Source: a virus
IMG/VR virus record: IMGVR_UViG_3300042534_000747
DNA length: 64,000 bases
Direction: 5' to 3' (one strand)
Part shown: in pieces, positions 10,256-20,199 of the stretch
How the letters are laid out: each line of letters starts with the position of its first letter
Position numbering within the stretch: position 1 is the first letter of the stretch
Notes under the pieces: model-generated
What the model saw: the letters and a program-made list of their open reading frames with translations, nothing else
What the model was told of the DNA's origin: nothing
Database searches by the model: none
Translations under genes and position numbers: made by a program

Positions 10256-10825
10256 ATGGCAAACAATGATAAAGGGTATTATGAAGAGAATTATGCAGGG
10301 TATGAAACTTCTAATGAAGTAATTGATGCAATTGAAGAAATTTCAGGTGAAATAGGTGTAGATTTTGATGATATATGGAATGATGGATATACTCAGGATT
10401 TTTCATCAGATGAAATTTTGGAAAAGGTTGTTAATATAATTTTGAAAAATGAAGGAGAAGATGTAAGGGGTGAATTTTTTTATTGGGGAAATAGTTTATT
10501 TGAAATTCCACATATGATTGATGTTTTGAATGTGTATGATGGTGGTGAAACTGTTGCAATTGGAACTGATGAACAGGCAATTGAATGGTTGAAAAATGTA
10601 ATTGATGAATGGGATGATGAAATACTTGTTAGTGAATTGGAAAATTATAGAAAGGTAAGTTTGATTGATGTAATCAATGGAAATGGTGATTCATATAAGT
10701 ATATTGATGGTGATATTTCTGAAAGAATTGAATGGATTGAAGGTGTACTTGATTATGAACAGAGGACTACAATTTTTGTAATTAATGAATATTTGGAAAA
10801 GCATTGTCCTGAATATGAAAATTGA
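10256..10825 (+). CDS. Acidic hypothetical protein
   Basis: 189-aa ORF, AAGGTGA RBS. Confidence 0.75.
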   Translation: MANNDKGYYEENYAGYETSNEVIDAIEEISGEIGVDFDDIWNDGYTQDFSSDEILEKVVNIILKNEGEDVRGEFFYWGNSLFEIPHMIDVLNVYDGGETVAIGTDEQAIEWLKNVIDEWDDEILVSELENYRKVSLIDVINGNGDSYKYIDGDISERIEWIEGVLDYEQRTTIFVINEYLEKHCPEYEN

Positions 10826-10839
10826 ATAGGTGATGATAA

Positions 10840-11079
10840 ATGGGAAATATGGGATATTGTAGATTTGAAAATACAGAAGATGATTTGTTGGATTGTTTTA
10901 ATGCAATTCGTGAAAAGAATATTGAATCAGAAGAAGAGAGGGAAACTGCAAAGGAAATGTTGAAGGATATGGTGAGTTTTCTTATTGATGAAGGGATAAT
11001 TAGTGATGAAGCAGGTAGAGGAACTGATGATAAGATTGATGAATTGATTGATTCATGTGGTGATGAAGAGGATGATTAG
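10840..11079 (+). CDS. Phage-type hypothetical protein (MxNMxYCRFENT family), paralog of 62603-62842
   Basis: Near-identical N-terminal motif in two copies in the window. Confidence 0.75.
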   Translation: MGNMGYCRFENTEDDLLDCFNAIREKNIESEEERETAKEMLKDMVSFLIDEGIISDEAGRGTDDKIDELIDSCGDEEDD

Positions 11080-11278
11080 GTATGAACCTCATGAAAGTTC
11101 GGTAGTTAATTCTGCCGGACAATTTTTTGTTAACAAACGGAATTTTGGAAAAAAAGCTGAAATTTGGATTGATGAATTGAAAGTAAGTGAAGTTGAAATT
11201 GATAAAAGCAAAATTTATGTTGGGAGAGATTTTGTAGGGAAAGAAGTTGAGATTTATTTTGTGAAACATTTGATGTAA
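11048..11278 (+). CDS. Small beta-barrel putative DNA-binding protein (DUF2080/AbrB-like, duplicated motif)
   Basis: Two repeats: FVNKRNFGKKAEIWI and YVGRDFVGKEVEIYF. Confidence 0.55.
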   Translation: MIHVVMKRMIRYEPHESSVVNSAGQFFVNKRNFGKKAEIWIDELKVSEVEIDKSKIYVGRDFVGKEVEIYFVKHLM

Positions 11279-11313
11279 AAATCTTTATATAGTGTTGAAA
11301 GTATTTTACTTTA

Positions 11314-11712
11314 ATGAAAAATGATTTTAAGGAGAAAAGATTTAAAAATTATGTTCATGAATATGTTAATTATAAAAATATTTTTTTAAGAAGGCAATTT
11401 GTGAATAGGCAAAGAATGGTTAGTATTTTTGAAATGATGAAGTTGTGGGGATTTGAAGAGCAATATGTAAAGATGTTGAAGAGTATTGATTCAAAAATGA
11501 AGAAAGGTGAATACTGTATTGTTGAAAATTCAAATGATAGAGTGTTTGCACCACAAATGTATGAAACGCATATGTATAACTTGCATAGTAAAAAAATATT
11601 AACTTATACAATTTTCAAGAATGTTAAAATTGGAAATAGAAATGTTGATATTGAGCAAAGTAGAGGATTAATTAATTTCAATGGGAAGAAAATTAAATTT
11701 GTGAATAAATAA
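11314..11712 (+). CDS. Hypothetical protein
   Basis: 132-aa ORF after a TTTATATA box. Confidence 0.65.
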   Translation: MKNDFKEKRFKNYVHEYVNYKNIFLRRQFVNRQRMVSIFEMMKLWGFEEQYVKMLKSIDSKMKKGEYCIVENSNDRVFAPQMYETHMYNLHSKKILTYTIFKNVKIGNRNVDIEQSRGLINFNGKKIKFVNK

Positions 11713-11726
11713 TGAAGGTGTAAAAT

Positions 11727-11960
11727 ATGAAAAATGAATCAGAATATGTGAAAGGTAAAGAGGTAGTTGCTTTTAATCAAAGTAATTATCCAGTGATGGT
11801 TGAAGTATTTGAAGTTAATGATGATTATGTTAAGTTTGCTTCAAATTTGAGCAAGAAGGTTATTACAAGCAGTGTAAAATATGGAACTGAAGATAGACCT
11901 TATTTTATGCATCATGGAGAAAAGTATTATTTAGATGAATGTATGAGAGTTGGATTTTGA
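11727..11960 (+). CDS. Hypothetical protein
   Basis: 77-aa ORF, AAGGTG RBS. Confidence 0.7.
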   Translation: MKNESEYVKGKEVVAFNQSNYPVMVEVFEVNDDYVKFASNLSKKVITSSVKYGTEDRPYFMHHGEKYYLDECMRVGF

Positions 11961-11984
11961 ATATATGAAGAGAATTATTCCTCT

Positions 11985-12401
11985 TCATACACATTGAATA
12001 TTTTGTGGTGGAGTAATTGTATCAATTGAAAAATCTTCTTTCATGTATTTATTCATTACTTCTTGGGTAATTGTGCTCATTATATGTTCTTTTATTTTTT
12101 CATTATTTGACATATGTGATTTTGCTAAAATTAAAATTGCATCATTTAAGTGACAATTGTTATCATTCATTATTTTGTGAAGTACCCATAGTGAGTATTC
12201 ATCAAGTGTTGTATGTATTCGCTTTTTGGTCATATAAATCCCCTCTAATGTTCTGTGATTGCAATACATAGAAGGGTAGTCATTATATAAAAAGGTAATT
12301 AAAAATATAGTTAAAAATATATTTCTAATGATTAAGGAATGTAAGGTTTTCGATGTCTGCATTTGAAAGGTCATTACCATACATGTAGTTGCCATTTTCA
12401 T
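11985..12401 (-). CDS. Putative ribbon-helix-helix regulator (true start probably the internal MTKKR)
   Basis: KRIHTTLDEYSLWVLHKI...LNDAI pattern; the annotated N-terminus overlaps the next gene. Confidence 0.5.
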   Translation of the reverse strand: MKMATTCMVMTFQMQTSKTLHSLIIRNIFLTIFLITFLYNDYPSMYCNHRTLEGIYMTKKRIHTTLDEYSLWVLHKIMNDNNCHLNDAILILAKSHMSNNEKIKEHIMSTITQEVMNKYMKEDFSIDTITPPQNIQCV

Positions 12402-12708
12402 TGTAGTAATCTAATGACATGGTGTTTGCATCAATCTCTCTCAGTTCGCCATAATAGAGGACTTTATCAAGATGGAAAAGGGTATTTCCTAATTTATCTT
12501 CATAGCCTGTGCTAAAACGTGAATCTATTAGATTGAAATCATTCATAATCATTTCATCAATGTATTCTCTTATTGATTTATTGTTGTTTAAACCAAAGAT
12601 AATTTCATTGACTGTATGAATTGTGTAATGCATTATTTCAGACTTTGCATTTTTAAAAACAAAAAGAATTTCATTGTTTGCCATAATAAGTAAATGAATG
12701 GCAAACAA
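12325..12708 (-). CDS. Hypothetical protein
   Basis: ORF in minus-strand block. Confidence 0.65.
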   Translation of the reverse strand: MFAIHLLIMANNEILFVFKNAKSEIMHYTIHTVNEIIFGLNNNKSIREYIDEMIMNDFNLIDSRFSTGYEDKLGNTLFHLDKVLYYGELREIDANTMSLDYYNENGNYMYGNDLSNADIENLTFLNH

Positions 12709-12736
12709 ATTATATAAAGGTTTGGTTAAAAAAGTA

Positions 12737-12952
12737 TTAAATTATTGAATATTGGACATTTTGTTCAAGTCCTGCATTCATTAATCTCATAAATCTTTCA
12801 GTTTCCCATTCATCACCTGTTTCTATGTTCATTTCATAATCATCTTCAATATTATGAATGTATTGCCTTTCAACAGGGATGCCATTAGTGATTATTTTTT
12901 CAAGTTTCATATGATTTACAGTTTTAGACATTATTAATTTAACATTATCCAT
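12737..12952 (-). CDS. Hypothetical protein
   Basis: Own promoter and TTGTAGGTGA RBS. Confidence 0.7.
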   Translation of the reverse strand: MDNVKLIMSKTVNHMKLEKIITNGIPVERQYIHNIEDDYEMNIETGDEWETERFMRLMNAGLEQNVQYSII

Positions 12953-12959
12953 TATAATT

Positions 12960-13002
12960 CACCTACAAGTTAATAATAGGTGTTAATGGTATATAAATGT
13001 TT
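12960..13002 (-). promoter_or_regulatory. Recurrent promoter-leader cassette (AAACATTTATATA ... CACC-N15-GGTG)
   Basis: TATA at 12990-12997; predicted TSS near 12968 at the TTGTAGGTG motif. Confidence 0.75.
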
Positions 13003-13016
13003 GCAAAAAAAGGAAA

Positions 13017-13280
13017 TTATTTGAAATTATAATAGGTTGAAATTGTGAATAGCATTATTGATAAAGTGAAAATTTCTAAATCAGATTTTAGGATTTCAGC
13101 AGGAATTGATTTTTGTTTTATTAGATGCAAGATGTAGATGTTGACTAAAACATATATGAAAAATAAGGCAGAAATTGCATTTTGAATTATTGCATGTTCT
13201 GAAGAAAAAGATGTAATTGCTAATATTAAGTAAAGAATAATGTTTGTTTTGTATAGATTTGATTTTGTGTATAATTTCAT
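13017..13280 (-). CDS. Small 3-TM membrane protein
   Basis: Three hydrophobic segments. Confidence 0.65.
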   Translation of the reverse strand: MKLYTKSNLYKTNIILYLILAITSFSSEHAIIQNAISALFFIYVLVNIYILHLIKQKSIPAEILKSDLEIFTLSIMLFTISTYYNFK

Positions 13281-13327
13281 AATTGTTTAATTCATTTTAA
13301 ATATAAAAAGGTTGACAAATATAATTT

Positions 13328-13675
13328 TTATCTGCCAAATTCAAGGATTTGATTCATTATAGAAAAGAATGAATCCAATGATGATACATTAATTTCATCT
13401 TGCATTGAAAGAGAGCTGTAAATGATTCTTGAACCTGTTGAAAGCACTTCACATACTTCAATGATGTTACCATTGTATGTACGGACTGTGAATGTTGCAT
13501 TCTGGGATGAAATTTTCATTAAAGGCATACCTGAATCTATTTCAGCAGTTACATCATATGGGAGATTTTCATAAAGATAACCTTCTGTAAGGAGTGTTGC
13601 TGCAATAATTGTATCTGTTGATATTTTCTTCATTTCTGCTTTTACGATATTGTTCATTATTTCTTTCATTGACAT
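13328..13675 (-). CDS. Hypothetical protein
   Basis: TGTAGGTG RBS. Confidence 0.7.
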   Translation of the reverse strand: MSMKEIMNNIVKAEMKKISTDTIIAATLLTEGYLYENLPYDVTAEIDSGMPLMKISSQNATFTVRTYNGNIIEVCEVLSTGSRIIYSSLSMQDEINVSSLDSFFSIMNQILEFGR

Positions 13676-13685
13676 TTTAATGCAC

Positions 13686-13877
13686 CTACACTACATTTAC
13701 ATAGTTTCTGATTATCTGAAGTTTCTGAGTTGAAGTTGAATCTTCAGACCTTATTGCGTTCATCATTTCTTTTGCTTCATTGTGGAATCCTGCACATTTA
13801 AGAGAATGGTATGCATTTCCTATCAATGTGAAAATATTTCCTTCACTTTCTACAAGTTTACATTCTGGTTTTGTCAT
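13686..13877 (-). CDS. Small phage-type hypothetical protein
   Basis: KPECKLVESEGNIFTLIG resembles a recurrent phage/MGE KPxxKLxGxDGN family. Confidence 0.65.
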   Translation of the reverse strand: MTKPECKLVESEGNIFTLIGNAYHSLKCAGFHNEAKEMMNAIRSEDSTSTQKLQIIRNYVNVV

Positions 13878-13968
13878 AATTATTTCTCCTTATTCTTTAT
13901 TATTATAATCATTACTTTTATAAATAACATTCTATTTTTATACGATGTTTACTTAATGCCTATGAAAA

Positions 13969-14214
13969 TTAAAAATAAGTAACTTTTACAGGTGTTACTT
14001 TTGCATCAATTACTTTACATTTGATATTAGGGAAATTCTCTTTCATATAATCAATTGCCATATTGGGAGAGGTTTTGAATGTTAATGCCATGTTGCCTAA
14101 TGTTTTGTCAGAGTAAGGGCATGGCAAGTTAGTATCAAATGTTATAGAATCCAATTGACCATTTTGTAAGAGAATTGTAACTTTTTTAATATCTATTTCC
14201 ATATTTATCACCAT
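13969..14214 (-). CDS. Hypothetical protein
   Basis: 81-aa ORF in operon. Confidence 0.65.
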   Translation of the reverse strand: MVINMEIDIKKVTILLQNGQLDSITFDTNLPCPYSDKTLGNMALTFKTSPNMAIDYMKENFPNIKCKVIDAKVTPVKVTYF

Positions 14215-14429
14215 ACATTTATTATAAGGGTTCTTGTTTTGAAACAGTTATCAGCTTCAACAATTCTGTAATCTGTTACATTACGAAGGATTTGACCTTC
14301 TTTTGCAAAACCATCATTAACATCAGTATCTATGAATGAGTTGCCAATTTTGAATGCAATACGCTTGACATTTTCTTCATGTCTACTACCATCTTTACAA
14401 ATTATTATAACTTTCTTGTCATTTGCCAT
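14208..14429 (-). CDS. Hypothetical protein
   Basis: Promoter cassette with TTGTAGGTGA at 14438-14446. Confidence 0.7.
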   Translation of the reverse strand: MANDKKVIIICKDGSRHEENVKRIAFKIGNSFIDTDVNDGFAKEGQILRNVTDYRIVEADNCFKTRTLIINVW

Positions 14430-14528
14430 AATTAATTCACCTACAATGGTATAGAAGGGTGTTAAAGTATATAAATGTTTGTTAAATTATGGTAAATTGG
14501 CTTCTTGTATAAAATTCATGATGTCACT

Positions 14529-14750
14529 TTAAATTATAAATTGATATATATTACTATTTAATTTAACTTTTACATGAAATATTTCATTACATTGTGAACA
14601 TTTGTAATATATATAATGCATTCTGTCTTCACGGTTATATTCAAAATTTATAAATTTAAAATTAATCATGTTTCTTTGAGGTTTTTTATTATGAAATCCA
14701 CAATTGGAACATTTTAACATTTTTTTAATTTCTATTTGCATTATCATCAA
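14529..14750 (-). CDS. Zinc-ribbon protein
   Basis: CSNCG...CSQC. Confidence 0.6.
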   Translation of the reverse strand: MMIMQIEIKKMLKCSNCGFHNKKPQRNMINFKFINFEYNREDRMHYIYYKCSQCNEIFHVKVKLNSNIYQFII

Positions 14751-14788
14751 CTTGGTTTATTTTTAAGTCTTTCTATTAATGCAATGGT

Positions 14789-15253
14789 ATGTATTTATTG
14801 TATAAAAGGTTATTGAAAAAAAGGAAATTATTATATATAATGAATGTATTTACTATAATGCAGGTGAATAAAATGCAAGAATTAATGAGTAAAAGAATTA
14901 ATGATTATATAAATGATGAAATTAAAAATATGAAATGTACTATTAAAGGAATTTTTAATTTTGTGAATGATAATGGTGCTATAATAATTAACGATAAAGT
15001 TGCTGTTAAAAGTGATATGAATGATAAATGTGAAAATATTCTTATTGTGAATTATGGAATTACTAATTTTATTATTAAAATAGAAGTTCTTGAAAAAATG
15101 ACTATTGTATACAATGGTAATTTTGGATTAAGAAATATTTATATTGAAGATGAATTTGTGGATAATAATATTGTTATTCTTGATGGATTTGTTGATGCGA
15201 TTAATTTTGCTGAAAAAGAATGTAAAAAATCTGTATATTATTCAAAGGTTTGA
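14789..15253 (+). CDS. Hypothetical protein (start probably internal)
   Basis: ORF; GGTGA RBS precedes the internal MQEL. Confidence 0.6.
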   Translation: MYLLYKRLLKKRKLLYIMNVFTIMQVNKMQELMSKRINDYINDEIKNMKCTIKGIFNFVNDNGAIIINDKVAVKSDMNDKCENILIVNYGITNFIIKIEVLEKMTIVYNGNFGLRNIYIEDEFVDNNIVILDGFVDAINFAEKECKKSVYYSKV

Positions 15254-15713
15254 TTATATGAATGAAAATGATAGATTTAATCATAATTTCGATATTGCAA
15301 AAGTAATTTTTGAAAACATGGGTTATGATATTAAAGGTTATAATCCTAATTGGACAATTGAAAATAATTTTAGTAATGTTGTCATTCAGATAGATGATAT
15401 GTTCATGGAACGATTAGCATTAGGTTTTGGCGCAAATTGGAAACCAAAATTTAATTTGATTGAACATTATATGAAAATATATAATGATGCAAATGATTCA
15501 ATTGCTCTTAATGAACATATGTGTAATTTTTTAGAAAATGAAGATATACCAGAATTTGAAAATAAAGATGATTTGAAAAATGAATTAATTATTGGAATGA
15601 AAGAAACGATTGATAAAAAAGCAAAAATAATCAACAGGTCACGTAAAGCAATTGATTTTTTTAAAGATTACAAAGGAAGTTTCATAATAATTATGTCATA
15701 TTTTAAATATTAA
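15144..15713 (+). CDS. Hypothetical protein (start probably the internal MNEND)
   Basis: ORF following the previous gene. Confidence 0.6.
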   Translation: MKMNLWIIILLFLMDLLMRLILLKKNVKNLYIIQRFDYMNENDRFNHNFDIAKVIFENMGYDIKGYNPNWTIENNFSNVVIQIDDMFMERLALGFGANWKPKFNLIEHYMKIYNDANDSIALNEHMCNFLENEDIPEFENKDDLKNELIIGMKETIDKKAKIINRSRKAIDFFKDYKGSFIIIMSYFKY

Positions 15714-15718
15714 AAAAG

Positions 15719-16057
15719 TTAAATTTTAAAATTGTTGGAAGTTGATTCTTTTTCATCATCATCAAAGTTTAAAATGATATCTTGATATGAAGGTATTTTT
15801 TCATTCTTGAATGATGAATTTATTTCTTTATTATCTTCATGTAGTTCTAACCATATTACATTTTTTATATGTTCATTTTTATTTTCATCAGAAATAATTA
15901 CTACACTTGAAACATAATAAGGATTATTTGGAACTGTTTTTATAAAACCTACAATAACTCCTTTTGAAATAGGTTCAAGTGTAGTTAGACATTTATCATG
16001 TTTTTCAGTTGTTTTTACAATGTTGCCTTTTTCAAATTTTCTTATTTTTTTTATCAT
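15719..16057 (-). CDS. Hypothetical protein
   Basis: 112-aa ORF, AGGTG RBS. Confidence 0.65.
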   Translation of the reverse strand: MIKKIRKFEKGNIVKTTEKHDKCLTTLEPISKGVIVGFIKTVPNNPYYVSSVVIISDENKNEHIKNVIWLELHEDNKEINSSFKNEKIPSYQDIILNFDDDEKESTSNNFKI

Positions 16058-16058
16058 T

Positions 16059-16460
16059 TTAACACCTATAATTTCTAAGCCAATTTTCTAATCCTTCAGA
16101 TTGAATTTCATTGAATAATTCTTCATCTTCTAATACATCAATACCTAAACTATAAGCCATTTTAGACCATTCTTTATATGGTTTTTTATTTGCAATTTTT
16201 TCTTGTTTTATTTTTGAAATTGTGGGAAGTAGATTTGTAAGGAATTTGTATAATCCTGTGTAACATTTTGATTCTATGTTCCATTCCCAAACTACGCCTT
16301 CAGATGTACTATTGCAAGTTCCTGCACAACCTGTAATTACTCTAGTCCAACCTACCATATTGACAATTCTATCATCTTCAAGAATAGCAATCACTCCTAT
16401 TTCAGATTCTTCAAGTTCTTCAGGATAAATAGGTAAACCATATAGTGTTATTGGATTCAT
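16059..16460 (-). CDS. Hypothetical protein
   Basis: 133-aa ORF, coupled to its neighbours. Confidence 0.7.
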   Translation of the reverse strand: MNPITLYGLPIYPEELEESEIGVIAILEDDRIVNMVGWTRVITGCAGTCNSTSEGVVWEWNIESKCYTGLYKFLTNLLPTISKIKQEKIANKKPYKEWSKMAYSLGIDVLEDEELFNEIQSEGLENWLRNYRC

Positions 16461-16837
16461 GTTGCAATCTCTTCAAGTTCTTTTTCATGTTTTATTTTGA
16501 TGAAAAAACCATATTCATTTGATAAAAAATCAGAATAAAGTTTTTCAAATTGGAGAACGTTTTTTGTATGATTTTCTATGAATATTGGATGAACTATTGT
16601 TTTGTTTTTATTCATATAATTTAATAGTTGATTGGTATATTCATCTCTATATTTATTCAAAGATTTGATATTGTTGAAGATATTAAATAATTTGATAAAT
16701 ATGTACCTTTTACTATCACTTGAAATGCAATTTTCATATTCAGCTTTTAAAGATATGTATGATTGTCTTTCTTCACTCATTTGTCTCAAAATTGTATTAT
16801 AATTTACAATATAATGATTTAGTTCTTCATTTAACAT
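16457..16837 (-). CDS. Hypothetical protein
   Basis: GAGGT RBS. Confidence 0.65.
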   Translation of the reverse strand: MLNEELNHYIVNYNTILRQMSEERQSYISLKAEYENCISSDSKRYIFIKLFNIFNNIKSLNKYRDEYTNQLLNYMNKNKTIVHPIFIENHTKNVLQFEKLYSDFLSNEYGFFIKIKHEKELEEIAT

Positions 16838-16861
16838 GTTTTTACCTCATATGTGAGTGTA

Positions 16862-17221
16862 TTAAATAATTCCATAAGTATATAAATATAAATGGTTTTC
16901 AGTTATGAATGAATTATAATCTGCAATTGCTTTATTGATTGTAGTTCTGTATTCTGTTGCAATTGATTCAGGGATTAGATTTTCATTTTCATTTATGTAA
17001 TTTAGAAGTTCATTTCCATATTTCAATAGAAATTCGCCTTGATATTTGATAATAGAGTAATCTTTTATGAGAGAATGTATAAGATATCTTGGTGGATTAG
17101 TAAGATTATAATTTGTTTTATCATGGATTTTTTTGCTTGTTAAAAAATTATTTATAGTGACTGTTATATCATCATTTATTGTATTGAAAATTTTTATATA
17201 ATAATATTCAAATTTGTTCAT
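16862..17221 (-). CDS. Hypothetical protein
   Basis: AAGGTGA RBS. Confidence 0.65.
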   Translation of the reverse strand: MNKFEYYYIKIFNTINDDITVTINNFLTSKKIHDKTNYNLTNPPRYLIHSLIKDYSIIKYQGEFLLKYGNELLNYINENENLIPESIATEYRTTINKAIADYNSFITENHLYLYTYGII

Positions 17222-17225
17222 TGTT

Positions 17226-17636
17226 TCACCTTTGTGTGTTTATGATTTTTGCAGTTTTGTGAAAAATTGTGTTATTGATTATTTTATTCCATTCTTTGAT
17301 TGATAGTGGAAGTTCATGGTTTTTACTGTATAAGAATTTTTCTATTTGTGGATTGTCATAGAGTCCTTTGCATAGAATGTCATAGCTCTTCAAGATGGAT
17401 TCTTGCCAATACTCATTAGGGTAATTAGTAAGTCCATAGGCAAATATCAAGGCTACATGCTTGCATCCAGACTTGCCCTTATAGAAATGTATTGTGTTCA
17501 GATGATTGCTTACAATGGCGGATTTTAAGCCAAATGCATACATTACAGCAGGGTTATCAGATTGGTCTACATCTACTTCAGGTGAAATATAGATGTTACA
17601 GGTTGAACATTCATAATTTTCTAACATTATGAGCAC
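17226..17636 (-). CDS. Hypothetical protein
   Basis: 136-aa ORF in operon. Confidence 0.65.
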   Translation of the reverse strand: MLIMLENYECSTCNIYISPEVDVDQSDNPAVMYAFGLKSAIVSNHLNTIHFYKGKSGCKHVALIFAYGLTNYPNEYWQESILKSYDILCKGLYDNPQIEKFLYSKNHELPLSIKEWNKIINNTIFHKTAKIINTQR

Positions 17637-18130
17637 CTGTAAGTAGATGTTTCAATTTCTTCAGAAATTTGATTTATTTCTTTGATTTTTTCACTTGCAA
17701 ATATGTTATATTTTGCAATGTAGTTTTTTATTATTTCATCAATGTAATAAGTGATGTTATCATAAGCTATATTTTTAAATGATTCTGTAAATGCATAATA
17801 AAATTCATAAATATTTTCATAATACATGGTTTCATGCATTTTTGCAAGAAGTGAATATTTATCGAATTTAAGATAAATGTAATACAGTTCTGTGCCATCA
17901 TAGATGAAATTATTTATTTTTTCATCATAAATTATTTTCAAATTTGCTTTTACAATAATTGTGAATTTTATGTTGTTATGGATGGTTGGAATTTCTTCAA
18001 TTATTTGAGTTGTAGTAAAAGATGGTTTACCACATTTTAATAATTCAATTGATTCATCATTTTTTACATAATTCATGAATGCAAGATATGCAGACTGTTC
18101 AGGGTTGAATCTTGGGAATTTTGTTAGCAT
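17627..18130 (-). CDS. Hypothetical protein
   Basis: 167-aa ORF in operon. Confidence 0.65.
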   Translation of the reverse strand: MLTKFPRFNPEQSAYLAFMNYVKNDESIELLKCGKPSFTTTQIIEEIPTIHNNIKFTIIVKANLKIIYDEKINNFIYDGTELYYIYLKFDKYSLLAKMHETMYYENIYEFYYAFTESFKNIAYDNITYYIDEIIKNYIAKYNIFASEKIKEINQISEEIETSTYRCS

Positions 18131-18592
18131 TTATAATCCCTTCTTCCAACATACAGTAAGCATTTGTTTGTTTTTGTGATATTCAGTTTCAAAAGAATCA
18201 AGTGTTTTTTCATTGATATTTTTTTCACTTAATAATTTGTGAGTGTAAATATAATCAAGGTTTTCTGATTCAATTATATGAAGTATTGAAAGTATATTAT
18301 CCCTTATCATTGAAACTATGTTTGGGGGTAGAAGTGAAAGAGTTCCATCTATGAAATCATCTCCATCTCTGAAACTGTATTTTTTTACTTCTGTATAATG
18401 AACTTTGTTTTCTATTCTAATTGTAAAAGTACCTTTATCATTTTTGAAAACAATAAGTGCATCAGCACCATATCTGAATACGTTTATTTCATTGGATTTG
18501 AATTTATAGCCAATTACTTGAAATTTTTCATCAAATACTTTGCAATCTTCAAAAATGGAAATCATTTTATTTCTGAATTGATGGGTAAACAT
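18131..18592 (-). CDS. Divergent member of the P(Y/F)W paralog family
   Basis: Shares F..(K/Q)M N-terminus and DG...IL..I..IE core; ends TVCWKKGL. Confidence 0.7.
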   Translation of the reverse strand: MFTHQFRNKMISIFEDCKVFDEKFQVIGYKFKSNEINVFRYGADALIVFKNDKGTFTIRIENKVHYTEVKKYSFRDGDDFIDGTLSLLPPNIVSMIRDNILSILHIIESENLDYIYTHKLLSEKNINEKTLDSFETEYHKNKQMLTVCWKKGL

Positions 18593-18597
18593 TTTTT

Positions 18598-18640
18598 AAC
18601 ACCTACAAGGTAATAGTAGGTGTTCATAGTATAAATAAGT
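18598..18640 (-). promoter_or_regulatory. Promoter-leader cassette with perfect 9-bp inverted repeat AACACCTAC-N9-GTAGGTGTT
   Basis: Inverted repeat 18598-18624, TATA-like box immediately upstream on the minus strand. Confidence 0.7.
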
Positions 18641-18650
18641 ATTGAAAAAA

Positions 18651-19223
18651 TTAACAGAAAAAACCCTTTTTTATAGGGATGATTTCTGTAAAGTTGTAGT
18701 TTGAAATTGCTTTCATCGTTGTTGTTATATTGCAATTATCGTTATTATGCCAAATTATAGTATTTGGTGATATAAAAGATGGAGTTATTTCTTTTGGTTT
18801 ATTGATTATACTTCTATTTTTAGTTGTTGAATTTGAAGTATAATATTTGGTATCTTTATTGAGAGTTACAGGGGTGTTATTGTATTGTCCTCTATATTTA
18901 ATTCCATTTATATTTATATACCATGTGCATATTTTGATGTATTTTTCCCTTTTTGACATTTGTTTATGTCTTGGGATAGCTAGTGTACTATCTAGCATGG
19001 CAGTTAGTAAATACCAGTCATTTAATTCATTATCTTTCTTTTTTAGAATTAATGAAATATTATATCTTTCCAATATTACTTTGATGGTGTTTACAAAATG
19101 ATTTTCTTTAATTAATAATTCAGGCTTTAAATCATTTAGTTTGTATAATATTTCATCTATATCTCTTGCATTTAGACGTTGTTTGAATCTATGAATAGCA
19201 TGTTCTGTTATTTCAATGTCCAT
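18651..19223 (-). CDS. Protein with N-terminal RelE/DUF4258-like (BECR-fold) domain
   Basis: IEITEHAIHRFKQR motif. Confidence 0.55.
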   Translation of the reverse strand: MDIEITEHAIHRFKQRLNARDIDEILYKLNDLKPELLIKENHFVNTIKVILERYNISLILKKKDNELNDWYLLTAMLDSTLAIPRHKQMSKREKYIKICTWYININGIKYRGQYNNTPVTLNKDTKYYTSNSTTKNRSIINKPKEITPSFISPNTIIWHNNDNCNITTTMKAISNYNFTEIIPIKKGFFC

Positions 19224-19724
19224 TTATACATCACCATTGATGAGTATTTTTACATCTTCTAGATTAATGAATTCTTTAAGTCTGTCAAATGTGAATCCAT
19301 TTTCATATTTATAATTCTGTGAAAACTTATTTTTGAAAATACATGCATTGTCCAAATCATAAAGGAAATAATTATATGCTTTTTTTGCAGAAGTGGCATT
19401 ATATTCATTTATTGATGTTATTAGAGTTTTATAGACAAAATCATCTCTATATGCTATTCGAGTTCCAAAAGGCATTAATTTGTTTTTGTTTACCATTGTT
19501 AAATTAAGATGGAATGTTTCATTGAGGTCTTTTAAGAAAATTTTATCAGGCAATGTCATTAAAGGTGTGAGTAGATTTGTTGTTAGATTAAGAAGGCAAT
19601 ATTTATCAGCAGCAGGAGTTGGATTTGATTCTTGCAAAAATTTATATTCATAATGGTTGTTTGAAAGAATGTCTCCTACTTGAATGGGTGTTTTTTCAGG
19701 TGAAAAATATTCATTAAGATTCAT
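19224..19724 (-). CDS. Hypothetical protein (internal duplication)
   Basis: Two similar halves: KYCLLNL...LKDLNE and NYFLYDL...LKEFIN. Confidence 0.6.
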   Translation of the reverse strand: MNLNEYFSPEKTPIQVGDILSNNHYEYKFLQESNPTPAADKYCLLNLTTNLLTPLMTLPDKIFLKDLNETFHLNLTMVNKNKLMPFGTRIAYRDDFVYKTLITSINEYNATSAKKAYNYFLYDLDNACIFKNKFSQNYKYENGFTFDRLKEFINLEDVKILINGDV

Positions 19725-19730
19725 TGTTCA

Positions 19731-20159
19731 TCACATCCAGTAGGGTTTTACTTTTTTATCAAGTGTTACATTATTCATAAATTTAATTAAGTCAGGATTT
19801 GGTTCTTTTTTGGATTTTGGGATGAAATAATAAAATGTTTTTTCATAACTAAGATGTGAAGTTTCAATTTCATTAATTACATTGAGAATTGTAGATTTAA
19901 TTTCTTTTTTCATACTCTTTTTAATGTTTTTTGGTGTTCCTTCTACAGCTAATAAGCCTTCACGATACCAATATACAATCATATCAAGAGTTTTACCATT
20001 GAAAGCTATTCCACAACTCATTTTTTCTGTTATTACAGCAATTTGATATTCATCAAAACACATTGCAATTTCAATTGTGCATTTTCCTTCAGTGGTTGAG
20101 TATTCAATTTCTGTATAATCATTTGTTACTAATTTTGCCATTTGGTTTTTAAATTTCAT
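19731..20159 (-). CDS. P(Y/F)W-terminal paralog family protein
   Basis: Ends KPYWM; EGT...ILNVINEIE core. Confidence 0.8.
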   Translation of the reverse strand: MKFKNQMAKLVTNDYTEIEYSTTEGKCTIEIAMCFDEYQIAVITEKMSCGIAFNGKTLDMIVYWYREGLLAVEGTPKNIKKSMKKEIKSTILNVINEIETSHLSYEKTFYYFIPKSKKEPNPDLIKFMNNVTLDKKVKPYWM

Positions 20160-20199
20160 GTTAATTACTCCAATAAGGGATTATTTCAATTTTTATTCA